A stretch of DNA of 64,000 nt. It comes from Fonticula alba ATCC 38817. Its lineage: Eukaryota; Protista; Nucleariida. Below, piece after piece: positions 11,309 to 24,306 of the stretch; position 1 is the first letter of the stretch; every line of letters starts with the position of its first letter. The stretch lies in the NCBI GenBank assembly GCA_000388065.2, contig KB932201.1; one strand, given 5' to 3'. Both the position numbers and the translations under genes were made by a program. A model generated the notes under the pieces. The model saw only the letters and a list, made by a program, of their open reading frames with translations, had not been told where the DNA came from and did no database searches.

Positions 11309-14300
11309 CGTGCGTAGGAGGGGGGATAGCGGGGGGAGTCGCGGAGAGGAGGGATCGAGGGTTGTCAGTGTGAGAGTACGCAGAGACGCCCACGCGGGCG
11401 CGAATCGGCGTACCAGTTGGGCAGGGGCCACTTGCGTGCCAAGATGGCGGACATCTGCACGGCAAATGCCTGTCGCCGGGGGCTACTCACGCGTGGGTCT
11501 AGCATCCGGGGGATGACGGCGAAGCAGCAATCTATCGAGGTGCATCGCAGGCAAGCGGCAGATGGGGGATGGAGATGGTGAGGCATGCGAACACATAGCA
11601 CGGGCCACGGGGCACAGAGGGGAAGGGGGGGGGGGGGCAAACGGGTGCGAAGAGGGAAACGAAGACACGCACGCATGGCTGGCACGTGGCGTACAGCCCA
11701 CATGCCGCCGGCGTGCGGAACGCCTTGGCCGGCGTGCAGGCCTTCGGCCAGGTCCGGATAGAGGATGAGCAGCTCGTTGAGCCGCCGCCCGGCCACCTGG
11801 CGAATCTGCGGCAGCGGGAGGAGTTCGTGCACATCCAGCTGGCCGACCGCCCCCGGGAGCAGGGTCTCCCAGGCCTTGGTGGTGCCAAGCTCCAGGAGGA
11901 TGTGTGCCGCGGCGGTGACTGTGGTGCGGAAAAGGGCGGCCGAGGCTTCGGAGATGGTGGTCAGGTGCTATGACGGGGATCGGTCGGGGAGTTAGATTGG
12001 GTTTGATGTGCCGGGCAGACACGCGGACGCACGCGCGCTCAGAGTGATGAGGATCGGGAGGAGGGAGGGCAAAGACGGGGGGAGGGAGGAAATGTGGTTT
12101 GCACATACCGACTTGTCGGTGCCCACCGACCGCTGGCGGACTTCCGAGTAGGTGTTGTCGATGTGCACGCGACATGCTTCCAGGTAGCCGGAGAAAATCT
12201 TTTCCCACACCATTGCACTGTCAGACCAGGGGCAAGGGGGGGNNNNNNNNNNNNNNNNNNNNNNNNNNNNNNNNNNNNNNNNNNNNNNNNNNNNNNNNNN
12301 NNNNNNNNNNNNNNNNNNNNNNNNNNNNNNNNNNNNNNNNNNNNNNNNNNNNNNNNNNNNNNNNNNNNNNNNNNNNNNNNNNNNNNNNNNNNNNNNNNNN
12401 NNNNNNNNNNNNNNNNNNNNNNNNNNNNNNNNNNNNNNNNNNNNNNNNNNNNNNNNNNNNNNNNNNNNNNNNNNNNNNNNNNNNNNNNNNNNNNNNNNNN
12501 NNNNNNNNNNNNNNNNNNNNNNNNNNNNNNNNNNNNNNNNNNNNNNNNNNNNNNNNNNNNNNNNNNNNNNNNNNNNNNNNNNNNNNNNNNNNNNNNNNNN
12601 NNNNNNNNNNNNNNNNNNNNNNNNNNNNNNNNNNNNNNNNNNNNNNNNNNNNNNNNNNNNNNNNNNNNNNNNNNNNNNNNNNNNNNNNNNNNNNNNNNNN
12701 NNNNNNNNNNNNNNNNNNNNNNNNNNNNNNNNNNNNNNNNNNNNNNNNNNNNNNNNNNNNNNNNNNNNNNNNNNNNNNNNNNNNNNNNNNNNNNNNNNNN
12801 NNGGGGGGGGGGACGCGTACCCTTGGAGAATGTCCATCGGCGGCCGGAGCACCTTGATCAGCCGAGCTCCAGCCGAAGCGTCACTCTGCCGAACGGACAT
12901 CTTCCACAGGCGACTGACATACGGCGCCAAGCGGTCCAAGATCGGGAGCTTGAGGCGCACGGCATCCGGAGCCAGGGTTGCCTCGTCGAGCAGCTCATTG
13001 CTACGGCGCACCAGACATCGCAAGGTCAGAGAACACCGGGCGGGCGAGGAAGATGCAGCGGGCGGTGGGAAAGGCCCAGAGAAGGGGGAGGGAGCCCGGG
13101 TGGGCGAGGAGGAAAAACCCGAGCGGGCGACAGCATGAACGCACATCGACTGGGCAAAGAGCTCGACCACATCCAGGGCAAAAGCCTCGGCCAGGGCCTG
13201 GCCAGCCAGCAGCGAGGAGAAAGCGCCCTCCATATCATCGGCCTGGGGGGGAAGGCGCGCGCGCCCGGCCCCCGCCCCGGGGGCCAGGCCCGTGTAGAGA
13301 CGGTCCGCCGGGGGTAAGTCATGCGCGACGCCCGATGGGCCGGGGCATTCCAGCAGCATGTGGCATCCGGGGCCGCCGGGGCCACCGGCGACACCGGTCC
13401 CCGATGCCAAGGCACCGGCCAGCCAGCGCAGCCCCAGTGCCAGGCCCGTGCACAGGGAGTCCAGCTGCCCAAGCCCGGTGGCCAAGCGCAAGTCCTCCAG
13501 GCCGAAGAGAACCCACCCCCGGATGAAGGCCAGCTGCACGGGGTACGGCAGCCCCGGGTCCAGGGGCCCGGGATTGGCATCGAGCCAGGGCCGGAGGCGC
13601 CGCCGGGCCCACACCTCGGCCGAGAGGGCCCCGGCGGCTGCCTGCCCGCCGAGGGCCAGCCGCTGGAGGCCGCGCGGGTGGGCCGCCGCCCCCAGGCCGC
13701 CGGGGGTCGAATGCCCGGCCCCGCGCTCGGTGGCCTGGAGGAAATCCTGGTCCCCGGCCACCAGCGCCAGCAGGGTCAGCAGCACTCGGTCGTCAGGCGA
13801 AAGGGGGCACACGGGCGAGGAGGCGATGCCGGCCTGCGTGGGGGTCGCCCTGCCGGGGGAGGGACCACCATCGGGCCCGCCAGGGGGGCTGGCCCCGGGG
13901 CCGGCGGCGGAAAGCTCGCCCCAGGTCGACCGGCCGTCAAAGAGCACATGGTCAATGGCCGAGTCCAAATCCGAGCCCAGGCTGGACAGCACCGGGTCGA
14001 AGGCATTCTGCCAAAGGGAGCGCAGGCGCAGGGAGACCTCGCGCAAGGCCTGCTCCTCGGACAGCTGGCAATGCGGCAGCAAATGGGCCAGGTGTGCATA
14101 GGTGAGCCCGCGCGCGGGCAGGGGAACAGTGGCCCCGAGGCCCAGGAGCCCGGCCGAGGGAAGGGCCTGTCCCGGGGCCGCAGGCCCGGCAGCCCCGCCA
14201 ATTCCGTGGCTGCTGCCGCCGTCGTGGCCGCCGCGGCCGTCGCCGCCGCCGCCGCCGCCGCCCGGGGCCTGTGTGGCGTACTGGGCCAAGAGCAGCTCCA

Positions 14301-17300
14301 CCGGCAGGGTGGACAGGAAGTCGGCCGAATACAGGAGCTCGGCTGGCATGCAAGGCAAGCCCGGGACACGACGCAAGAGCAGGGCAGACCGGCGGAGGGG
14401 GGGGGGGGGGGGGGGGGGGCCGAAGGCATCAGGTCAGTGGGTCGGAGTCGTCACGTCAAGGGAGGAAGGGAGCGGGGAAGAGGGCGGCCGGATGGCGGTC
14501 TGGACGCACCCTTGTCACGCTCGAGCAGCAGCCCACTCGGGTGCTGGGCATCGGGCGAGGCCGCCGGCGCCAGGGTGGCGGCGAACTTCTGCAGGCGCTC
14601 ATTCCACATCAGCGGGAAAACCACAGCCGGCAGGGCGGTCGACAGGGGCTGCTGCGCCAGGCCCAGCAGGGCCGTCTCCGAGGGGGGAGCAAAGTCGGCC
14701 GGCGCCCGACGCAGGGACTGCTCGATGTAGGCCTCGAAAAAGGGCAACAGCCCCGGGGTCGAGGCCGATTGCAGCCCGGCCAGCAGCCAGTCTGTCCACT
14801 CGGCCGGCGCCACGTCGGGGCAATCCAGCAGCAGCAGGCGCAAGGCCAGGGCCATGTCGCCGGCGGTGGCGGCGGTTTGTCGCCAGGCCTGGACACAGGT
14901 GTCCAGCTGCCCGGCCAGCACCGACAGGAGGGACATGTGCGAGTGGGTGGCGCGTGCCCGGGCCAGAGCCGCGGCCGCGGCCAAAACCAGATGCTCAGCC
15001 GACGCCGCGCCAAGCAGGTGGCTCGGGCCCGAGCGCCCGAGGGCGGGAGCCTGTGCTCCGGTGCCGGGCCGCGTGAGGGGAGGCCGGCCGGCCAGCCGAT
15101 CCCCGGCCCCGGCAGACGCGAAGGTCTGCTGGGCGGTATCATGCACCTCGGCCGGCAGGTCCAGCTGGAAGCCGGCCAGCAGCTGGCCCACATCCGTGGG
15201 CGACACCTCCGACTGGCGGGACAGCAGCAGCGGCATGTAGGCGCATGCCGCCGGGGAGGAGGCCGCCAGCACGCGAGCCAGCGATTCCCCCAACGGCTGG
15301 AGGGCCTCCTGGCCCGGGAGATCGGGAAGCAGGAGCAACAGTCCGGCGGCCAGCTCGCCGAGACTGAGACACGGGCAGCAGGGAGTTAGACAGGCGGCCA
15401 AGGGGGGGGGGGGGAGGGGGGAGGGGGAGGAGGCAACCGCAGGAAGCATTGGGCCAGAGCCGGGCAGACGGGGGCAACATCGAAAGGGCCGGGCCAGGGG
15501 GGAGGGCAATGGCAGAAGGCGCACCGGCCGCCGGCTTCCAGGCATGCCTGTAGCTCGTGAAGGCCCAAGTCACAGGGCTGCTGGGCAAAGAGCACCGCAT
15601 GGACGACCGCCTGCAGGCGGATCAGCGTCGGCAAGGAGGCCCCAGTATGGTGGGTAAGTTGGGGAACACTGGCCCCGGCCGTCAGGTCGAGGCGGCGGTC
15701 CAGCAGGCGGTCTGGCTGGAAGACCGACAGGAAGGACACGAATTCCATGTCGCTCAGGAGCAGGCCGCGCAGGTCGCCGGCCATGGCCGCAACACCCGAT
15801 GGGTCCGGCCGGGAGGGCTCGGCCCCGGCGCCAGACAGGACGCTCTGCAGGTCCAGGGACCAGGCAGGATGCTGGCGGAAGAGGGCATCGCGTGCGCGTG
15901 ACACATGGTGCAAGGGTGCCGAGTGGCAAAGGCGCAGCAGCAGGACAAAGGCCCTGCCTTCGGTGTCCGGCGCGTGGGGGGTGTCGGTCGCGCAGCACAC
16001 CGCGGCCAGAAGATCGACCAGCTGGCGGCCAGCGCCGCCGAGGGTGCGAGAGAAAGAGAGAGAGAGAGAGAGCGGAGGGGGGGGGGGGCAAAGAAGCAAT
16101 GAGGCGAGTTTGCGTTAAACACATGGCAAGGCAACACCACACGCCGGGGGGGAGAGGTGGGGAGGAGGCGGATCGGGGCGGGAGGATAGCCCGTACCTCG
16201 GCCAGTGCGGCAGGGAAGGCCCCAGTGTAAGAGGCCAGGAGATGGAATGCTTGCTCCTCCGTCAAGAGTGTCAGTGCCAGGTCCACCAGGGGCTGCCCGG
16301 CACGAGAGGAAGAAGAGAAGAGCATGAGTACGCTGTGGACCAGATGGGCAAGGGGAGGGCCGGTTCGCATGTGCATGTGCATGTGCATGTGCATGTGCAT
16401 GTGTGTGTCTCGTTGGCGCACCCGGAGGACGGTATCATCGCCAGCGAGGGCGGCCCAAAGGCCGAGGCGTGCGCCCACCGGGTGCGCTAGCCAGGCGGGC
16501 TCGAAAAGGTCACGCAGTGAGGCGGCCGCGGCTGCTGGGCGGCGAGCATCCTGGAAGCCCTGCAGAGCCGACAGCAACATGCTGTGGCGCCATTCCAGCG
16601 GTAAAGGAGAGGGATCAGCCTGACTGAAGAAGAGGGGGGGGGGGGAGGGGAGAGGGCCGTGGGATGGCGGGCGGCCGAGCAGCGTGCCACGTACCTGAGT
16701 TGTGCGTTGGGATCGGAGTTCTCAAAGGCAGCCACGCTCACCGAGGTGCTCGGACTCTGAGGCCGGCCAAATGGGGGAAGGGCAGAGAGGTGAGCGTCGA
16801 GAGGCAGCACATCCGAGGACACCAGGGCGCAGCAGCTGGCAAAGACCTTGGGGGAATGTGCAAATGCGCACCTGTTCGATGCCAGCTCGAGCGAGTGCCT
16901 GCTGGTGGACACTGCGATTGCGGACCACCGAGACGGACAGCCGTCCGAGGAAGGCGGCGATCTCCTGGTCCGCCTGTTGAGAAGGCCGGCAGGTGAGGCA
17001 GGTGAGGCAGGTGAGAAGGCCGGAGACGGGCGCGCCCTGGGGAGCACAGGCGAGCAGGGTGGTGGCACCAGGATGCAAGGACGCACGGCGGCCAGAAAAA
17101 GGGGGTGTGTGGGGTCGGAGCTGGCGTCGGGCTCACTGGTCACCAGGGAGGCGAGTGACGAGAAGAAGGGCCCAAACCGACGGACATCCTGCCCGGAGGG
17201 CGAGCCAGGCCCGGGTGGCGGGAGAGCGAGAAAGTGCAACCGGTTAGCCACTTTGCATTGTGGTGCGTGTGTGCGCGTGCGTGCGCGTGCGCAAGCGGTG

Positions 17301-17416
17301 GACCACCCGGTGCGTACATGCTCCAGGGAGATTTGTGCGGCGGCTTCAAGGCGGCCCTGCTCAATGGCCTCGAAGATGCACCGCTCGTGGGGGTTCAGCG
17401 GCCGCGGCGAAGACAT
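10839..17416 (-). CDS. INTS2: Integrator complex subunit 2, multi-exon, with gap 12243-12801 inside
   Basis: Spliced translation gives CIFEAIEQG, FENSDPNAQL (cf. FEHSDSPRRL), PLVDLALTLL, AAHILLELG, LNELLILYPDLAEGLHAGQG and VPAMHCCFAVIPRML...QAFAVQMSAILARKWPLP (cf. IPSMHICLDFIPELL...QIFAIQLLSHLCIQYALP). These match animal INTS2 N- and C-terminal blocks in order. Confidence 0.85.
12243..12801. other. Assembly gap (559 N) inside INTS2, probably intronic. Other gaps: 10623-10695, 17472-18136, 21047-21096, 24355-24449, 25203-25341, 35369-35453, 50747-50941, 52739-52954, 54491-54523, 56855-56954, 62704-62713
   Basis: N-runs, mostly flanked by G/C homopolymers or (GA)n. The donor and acceptor flanking this gap are both phase 2. 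Confidence 0.95.
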
Positions 17417-18424
17417 CCCAGGCGACAAGTGGACAAGCAGGGGTGGTATACGGCCGGCCCGGGGGGGGGGGNNNNNNNNNNNNNNNNNNNNNNNNNNNNN
17501 NNNNNNNNNNNNNNNNNNNNNNNNNNNNNNNNNNNNNNNNNNNNNNNNNNNNNNNNNNNNNNNNNNNNNNNNNNNNNNNNNNNNNNNNNNNNNNNNNNNN
17601 NNNNNNNNNNNNNNNNNNNNNNNNNNNNNNNNNNNNNNNNNNNNNNNNNNNNNNNNNNNNNNNNNNNNNNNNNNNNNNNNNNNNNNNNNNNNNNNNNNNN
17701 NNNNNNNNNNNNNNNNNNNNNNNNNNNNNNNNNNNNNNNNNNNNNNNNNNNNNNNNNNNNNNNNNNNNNNNNNNNNNNNNNNNNNNNNNNNNNNNNNNNN
17801 NNNNNNNNNNNNNNNNNNNNNNNNNNNNNNNNNNNNNNNNNNNNNNNNNNNNNNNNNNNNNNNNNNNNNNNNNNNNNNNNNNNNNNNNNNNNNNNNNNNN
17901 NNNNNNNNNNNNNNNNNNNNNNNNNNNNNNNNNNNNNNNNNNNNNNNNNNNNNNNNNNNNNNNNNNNNNNNNNNNNNNNNNNNNNNNNNNNNNNNNNNNN
18001 NNNNNNNNNNNNNNNNNNNNNNNNNNNNNNNNNNNNNNNNNNNNNNNNNNNNNNNNNNNNNNNNNNNNNNNNNNNNNNNNNNNNNNNNNNNNNNNNNNNN
18101 NNNNNNNNNNNNNNNNNNNNNNNNNNNNNNNNNNNNATGTCGGGATATGAGGAACGGCGGCAGGCACGTCGGGACCGAGCCGGAGCATGCGGTGAGACGG
18201 GCGGCCAGCCGGCTCTGCGAGCAAACATACATACACACTGCACATACACACACACACACACACACACGAGTTCACGGACACTGGGCGAGAGGACCACACG
18301 GCACGACGGCGGAGGGAGAGAAGGAGGACAGGCAGCCCGCCGAGCACGCACGAGTGCACTCGTCCCGACACCCTGGGCATGGGCCGCCCGGTCATGTGGG
18401 GAGAGGCTGCCCAAGACCGGGAGC

Positions 18425-20924
18425 CTAGTGCGCCGGGTGGCGGAGCTGGTAGCGCTGGGGCTGGAGGATCTTCTCGACGATGGTGTCCACCAGGTTGTCG
18501 AGGGTGTCCTTGAGAGTGCGCCGCTCGATGTCCACCTGCTCCGGCGCCACGGACGCCGAGGAGGAGATCTCCGAGTAGTACTTGAGCTTGGGCTCGGTGC
18601 CGGAGGCCCGGAGAGTGACCACGGCGCCGGCCGGCTCGGCAAAGCGCAGGGTGATCATCATGGCCGAATGGTCCAGCGGCAGGCGCGACTGGTTGCCCGC
18701 CTCGGCGGTGTCCACCCCGAGGGACACATCACGGACCGAGGCCACGCGGAAGGGCGTACCCTCGAAGACCGTGTCGAAGGGGGCGCTCCGGCGGGCGCGC
18801 TTGGCCGAGGGGGCCACATTCTGTGCGGGAGAATGGACACAGGTGGGGAGTCAGAGGCGAAGGCCGAAGGCCCGTCCAGGGAAGGGAGGGACGAGAGCGG
18901 GGGAGAGAGAGAGAGAGAGAGGGGGGGGGGCAAGGAGATGGCGGCAAGGACGACGAGCTGGTACAGCGAGGGGGGGGGGGGAGGGGGGGAGGTGCAGGCG
19001 CGTGGCAGAGCAGCACGTACGAACGCCTCCTCCAGGTCGGACTCGGTGGTGACGTAGTCGCCGAGGCGGCGGATCTCCTCGAAAATGCTCTTGGTGGTGG
19101 CCGGAGAGGGGCTGAAGAGGTAGCTGTTGCGGTTGACCACCACACCGTAGAGGGACTCCAGGCGGCGGAGCTCCGACAGGAGGGTCTTGCCAGAGGCGTA
19201 GAGCTGGTGCACCAGCTCGGCAAAGACAACCGCCGCGCTGATGCCGTCCTTCTCCGGGAGATTGGCGTCCACCATGTAGCCGATGGCCTCCTCATAGGCG
19301 AAGAGCACATGGTAGCCGCTGGCCTTGAGCTCGATGGTGCGGTTGCCGAGCCACTTGAAGCCGGTGAGAGTGGTCTGCAAGCCGAGGCAAAGGGGTGTGG
19401 GTCAGTGGATGAAAAGAGGGAGGGGAAGGGAGAACGGGAAGAAGGGGGAGGGGGGAGAGGGGGGAGAAGGAGAAGACAAAGAAGACAAAGAGGGCGAAGA
19501 AGACAAAGAGGGCGAAGAAGACAAAGAGGGCGAAGAGGACAAAGAGGGCGAAGAGGACAAAGAGGGCGAAGAAGAGAAGGAAACATCAGCGGCAATAGCA
19601 GCCACAAGCTCAGGCACGCCCGGCACTTGGGGGAAGTGCGCACCTCTGACAGGAACCCATGATGCAGGGCAACCTTGTGCAGGATGCCCGAAGACACGGC
19701 TGTCGTCAGCATGGCCACCGGCTCCTGGTGGAAGGTGCGCGTGGCGTACAGATGAGCCGCCAGCAGGAGGCCGATCTCATTGCCGGTGAGCAGGCGCCAG
19801 GCGCCGGGGGCGGCCGGAGCGTCGCCGGCCGCGGCAACCGCCGCAGCGACGGCCGCATTCTCCGGCCCGGCCGGCAGGCGGACCGCCACGCCCAGGCGAT
19901 CGGCGTCCGGGTCATTGGCCAGGATGACATCGGCCCCGGTGGAGTTGGCCAGGTCGATGGCCATCTGCAGGGTGCCCTTGCCCTCCTCGGGGTTGGGGTA
20001 CTGCACGGTGGGGAAGTCCGGGTTCGGCTGGGCCTGCTCGGCCACGGAAATGACCGCCGGCAGGAGGGTCCGCTCAAAGGCCATGTCCAGGTAGCGCTGG
20101 CCGACGCCATGCAGGGCGGTGTACACGATCCGAGCCTCGGACGTGGGCATCGGCTCGTACGGCAGCTCGAGCGAGCCGCGCCGGCGCAGGTGCGAGCAGC
20201 GCACCAAGTTGTCCATGTACGCGTCGATCAGGTGGCCCGGGTCGTGGCACAGGAGCGACGTGCGCCAAATGTCCGAGTCCCAGTGCCGGGGACGCAGGTC
20301 GGACAGGATGAACTCGGTGATCTTCTCATCGGCCGGGGCGACGATCTGGGTGCCGATGCTGGAGTACACCTTGTAGCCGTTGTCCTGCTTCGGGTTGTGC
20401 GAGGCGGTGATCATGATGCCGGCCGCGGCGCCGAGGTGGCGCACGGCGAAGGGCTTCGTGGCCATCGGGGGGGGGGGGGGGGGGGGGCGGGGGCGGGGAG
20501 GATGTTTGTGTTCATGGGTGTAGTGTCAGCAGGCTGGGCACAGGACGAGGCTCGCTATCAAACACCGACCACATACCACCATCGGCGTGTGAACAACGGT
20601 GCGGAAGAGGTGGACCGGGATGTTCTCGCGGAGGAAGACACCGGCCGACAGGTGGGCGAACGACAGCGACCCATGGCGGTGGTCGTGGCCAATGACGACA
20701 CCCATGTCGCGGAGAATCTGCGGCCCATGGATCTTGGACAGGTAGCGCAGGTAGCCCTGGGTGGTCTGGATGATGACCAGGTCGTTGAGGCGCGAGAAGC
20801 CAGCGCCGACGGACGCCCGGAGCCCGGCCGTGCCGAAGGACACCCGGGTGGTGAGAAGCTGGTCCAGCTTGGCCCAGTCGCCGGCAGCACGCAGGTCGGC
20901 GATCTCGTCGCGAGTGGCAGGGCA
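18425..20924 (-). CDS. PGM2: Phosphoglucomutase/phosphopentomutase (PGM2/Pgm3 family), 5'-partial
   Basis: Motifs FGTAGLR, VIGHDHRH, ITASHNPKQDNGYKVY (catalytic Ser), DPDADR (metal loop), TLTGFKW, FAYEEAIGY, EKDGISAA and LRASGTEPKLKYY. The last visible acceptor is at 20925; the first exon is not found and probably lies in gap 21047-21096. Confidence 0.95.
19481..19570 (+). repeat. 18-bp minisatellite x5 in a PGM intron
   Basis: ga(a/g)gacaaagagggcgaa repeated five times exactly, with one variant position. Confidence 0.95.
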
Positions 20925-21096
20925 CTATGCAGCACAGGGGGCGGGGGGGGGAGAAATGATGGCAAGGGGATGGGCGCGTGCATGCGGGCGACCGGGGCAC
21001 AGTCAGTCGAATGGAAGAAGCGACAGGGGGAGGAACAAGAGGAGGANNNNNNNNNNNNNNNNNNNNNNNNNNNNNNNNNNNNNNNNNNNNNNNNNN

Positions 21097-21440
21097 CCGG
21101 GCCTTCCTCAACAGCATGCCCTTCCCCATGCGCATGCTCTTCACGTGGATGACCTGGATGGAGATGGCCTGCAACTTCGCCGACCTGGTCATCTGCCCCT
21201 CCAAGCCTATGATGAACATCCTGCGCGACATCGGCATGCGCTGCGAGGACATCTGGCCCCCGGCCGTGGACATCCAGCAGTTCAGCCCGTCCTACTATGA
21301 CCATGACCTGCGCTCGAAGGTGCGTGCCTCGCCGAGGGCGCGCCGTCCACGATGCTGCTCCTCCCCAGTCAGTGGTAGGGACTAACCCAACCTCCCCTGC
21401 CTCTGCTGCCCTTTGTGCCCCTCCTTGCCCGCACGCCCGC

Positions 21441-21494
<54 letters not shown>

Positions 21495-22513
21495 CTAGTT
21501 CACCTTCGGCAACCCGGACAAGCCCCTGGTCATCTACATTGGCCGTGTGGCCCCGGAGAAGAACATGGACGCCCTGAACCGCATCCTCGAGCGCTTCCCC
21601 GATGCCTACCTCGCCATCATCGGCAAGGGCCCGGATGCCCCCAAGTGGGCCCGCCTGCATGGCAAGGAGAACCGCATCTTCTGCACCAATGCCCACTACC
21701 ATGGCGAGACCCTGAGCAAGGCCTTCGCCGTGGCCGATGTCTTCGTCCTCCCTTCGGAGTTCGAGACCCTGGGCAATGTGGTCCTCGAGTCCATGGCCTC
21801 CGGTGTGCCGGTGGTTGGCTGCAATGCCGGCGGCATCCCCCACATGCTCTCCAACGAGAAGACCGGCCTGCTCTTCGAGCCAGGCGACCTGGACGGCATG
21901 TGCGAGGCCGTGGGCCGGGTGCGTGCAATACCGAGGCCGAGAGCGCCGGTCGGAGGGGGAGGGGCCGAGGGGGGGCCACTCGCCAGCGCGTCCGCCCCTG
22001 GCCGGCCTCCCCCCCCCCCGCCCCCGCCCCTCGCCCTTCCCCCTGATCCACGGGCATCATGCCCCATGTGACATCCTTACTGATCCTCCTCCCCCTCCCC
22101 GCCACCCAAAGATCATCTATGATCGCGAGCTCCGTGAGCGCTTCAAGCAGGCCGGCCTCGAGTACACCTCCAACAAGAGCTGGCGCCATGCCTCCGAGTA
22201 TGTGGTCGCCCTCTATGAGAAGTGCATCCGTCGCCATGGGAAGCTGGTCCCCGGGGTGAACGCCCCGCCGGAGCCGGTGTACGACGTCGGCCCCATCTTC
22301 GTGGACCCGATGATCGGCGTGGCCCCGCGCCCCGGCAGCGAGGGCGCCCGCATCGACGCCCTGGCCAGCGCCGGCACCGCGTCCACCGTGGTGGACACTC
22401 GCAGCGGCGGCCCCTTCGGCATGCGGTCCATGCTCCCCTGGCTGCTGAGTGTCATGTTCGGTGTGCTGGTCTTCGTCTTTGTCCGCTTCAACCAGGCCTC
22501 CAACAACCCGTAG
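21097..22513 (+). CDS. GT4 glycosyltransferase, SQD2/SqdX-like (sulfoquinovosyl/glucuronosyl-DAG synthase-like): C-terminal half
   Basis: FTFGNPDKPLVIYIGRVAPEK...DVFVLPSEFETLGNVVLESMASGVPVV..NAGGIP..L..EKTGLLFEPGD aligns by eye with plant SQD2. It has the GT4 E-x7-E motif and two GTGCGT...AG introns, and ends in the hydrophobic tail WLLSVMFGVLVFVFVRF. Confidence 0.85.
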
Positions 22514-23258
22514 GCGAGGGGCCTGCCCACCGTCGACAGCGTCCCCGCCCCCCCTCCGCCGCCGTCACACCCACCCCAGAGAGCCTGTCTTCCTCTCCCC
22601 CACCGCAATGTGCGCGCGCTGCCCGGCGTGGGTCTCCCCGCGACCGACTCGCCGTGCATCCTCCTCCTCCTCCTCCTCTCTCTCCTTGTGTTTCTCCCCC
22701 TCCCCTCTCTCTCCCTCTCTCTCTTTCTCGCCCTCCGCCCCTCGCCCTGGTTAGCTATCTCGTGGCATGTGTGTGAATGTGTGTGTATGCGTGTGACTCT
22801 CTCCCTCTCTGTCGCTGTCACCCACGCGCCATGGGCACGCGCGCCCGCCCCGCGCTTGGCCCCCGGGGGCGGGAGGCCGCCCCGGGCGGGTCTCCAGGCC
22901 GTGACCCCCGGCCGCGGTCCATCGTCACTTACGGCCCCCCCGCCCCCTCATGTTCCCCGGCGCGCCGCCCTGCCCGGGGTCATGGCCATCGGCTGGAACC
23001 CCCCTGCCGCCGCGGAGCCGCCAGCGTCGCAGACCCCATCCCCGCTCGCTGACGATCATGTATCTCCCCCTCTCCCTCTCCCTCTCCCCCTCGCCTCGCC
23101 TCGCCTCTGCCCCGGTCCCCTTCTTGCCACTGCCTGCCCCTCCCCTCTGACACCCACACCCACTCCCCGTCCACCCTCTCGCCCCTTCCCCGCGGCCGGC
23201 ACGGCGGTGCTCCTGCAGTTGAGTGTGTTTGGTTTGTCGCTCGCCCGCAGCTCGCATC

Positions 23259-24252
23259 ATGAGAGTCCTCCTCTACTCCACGGCCATCTACCCGAAGGTT
23301 GACGGCGTTGCCAACCGCGTCAAGCACCACATTCGCGCGCTGGTGGTACGCCCTCCCGCCCCCCCCTCCCCCCCCCTCCACATCCTATGCCCAGCTGACG
23401 AGAGGCACGCCATGTCCCGCGACTTGCTCGGCCTTTCCCCTCTGACACCGCCCGATGCCGGCCGCACGCCGCGCCACAGGCCCTCGGTCATCAAGTCCTG
23501 GTCCTCTGCCCGTACGACTCGGCCCCCTCGCTGTACGAGGGTGCGCAGGTCCTCCGCCTGCCGGCCTTCGTGCCGCTGGACTACGATGAGTCCCAGCTGT
23601 CGTACCCCTTCCCGCTGATGACTCTGAACCGGGTGTTCCGCGAGTTCCGCCCTGATATCATCCACTTCATCGGGCCGGAGTTTGTCCTGATCCCCTTCCT
23701 GCTGCTTTCGCGCGTACGTGCCGGCCGCGTGTGCCCCCTTGCCTTGGCCCTTCTCCGCCGCCCCCCCCCCTTCCCTCCTTCCCCCCCAGTGCGCGGGAAT
23801 GGGGCCCACACACCGCTCACACACCGCTCACACACACACACACACACGCACACACACAATTGCACAGTACTACAAGGTCCCGATTCTGGTGTCCTACCAC
23901 TTCTACGTCCGGGCCTTCCTCAACAGCATGCCCTTCCCCATGCGCATGCTCTTCACGTGGATGACCTGGATGGAGATGGCCTGCAACTTCGCCGACCTGG
24001 TCATCTGCCCCTCCAAGCCTATGATGAACATCCTGCGCGACATCGGCATGCGCTGCGAGGACATCTGGCCCCCGGCCGTGGACATCCAGCAGTTCAGCCC
24101 GTCCTACTATGACCATGACCTGCGCTCGAAGGTGCGTGCCTCGCCGAGGGCGCGCCGTCCACGATGCTGCTCCTCCCCAGTCAGTGGTAGGGACTAACCC
24201 AACCTCCCCTGCCTCTGCTGCCCTTTGTGCCCCTCCTTGCCCGCACGCCCGC

Positions 24253-24306
<54 letters not shown>

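Noticed and set aside
17238-17245. Perfect Grainyhead site AACCGGTT in INTS2 intron 1
   Set aside because: About 0.5 copies are expected by chance in 64 kb at this GC content; there is no supporting context.
19481-19570. Regular 18-bp repeats considered as a CRISPR-like array
   Set aside because: There are no unique spacers, the repeats lie in a spliceosomal intron, and there are no cas genes.
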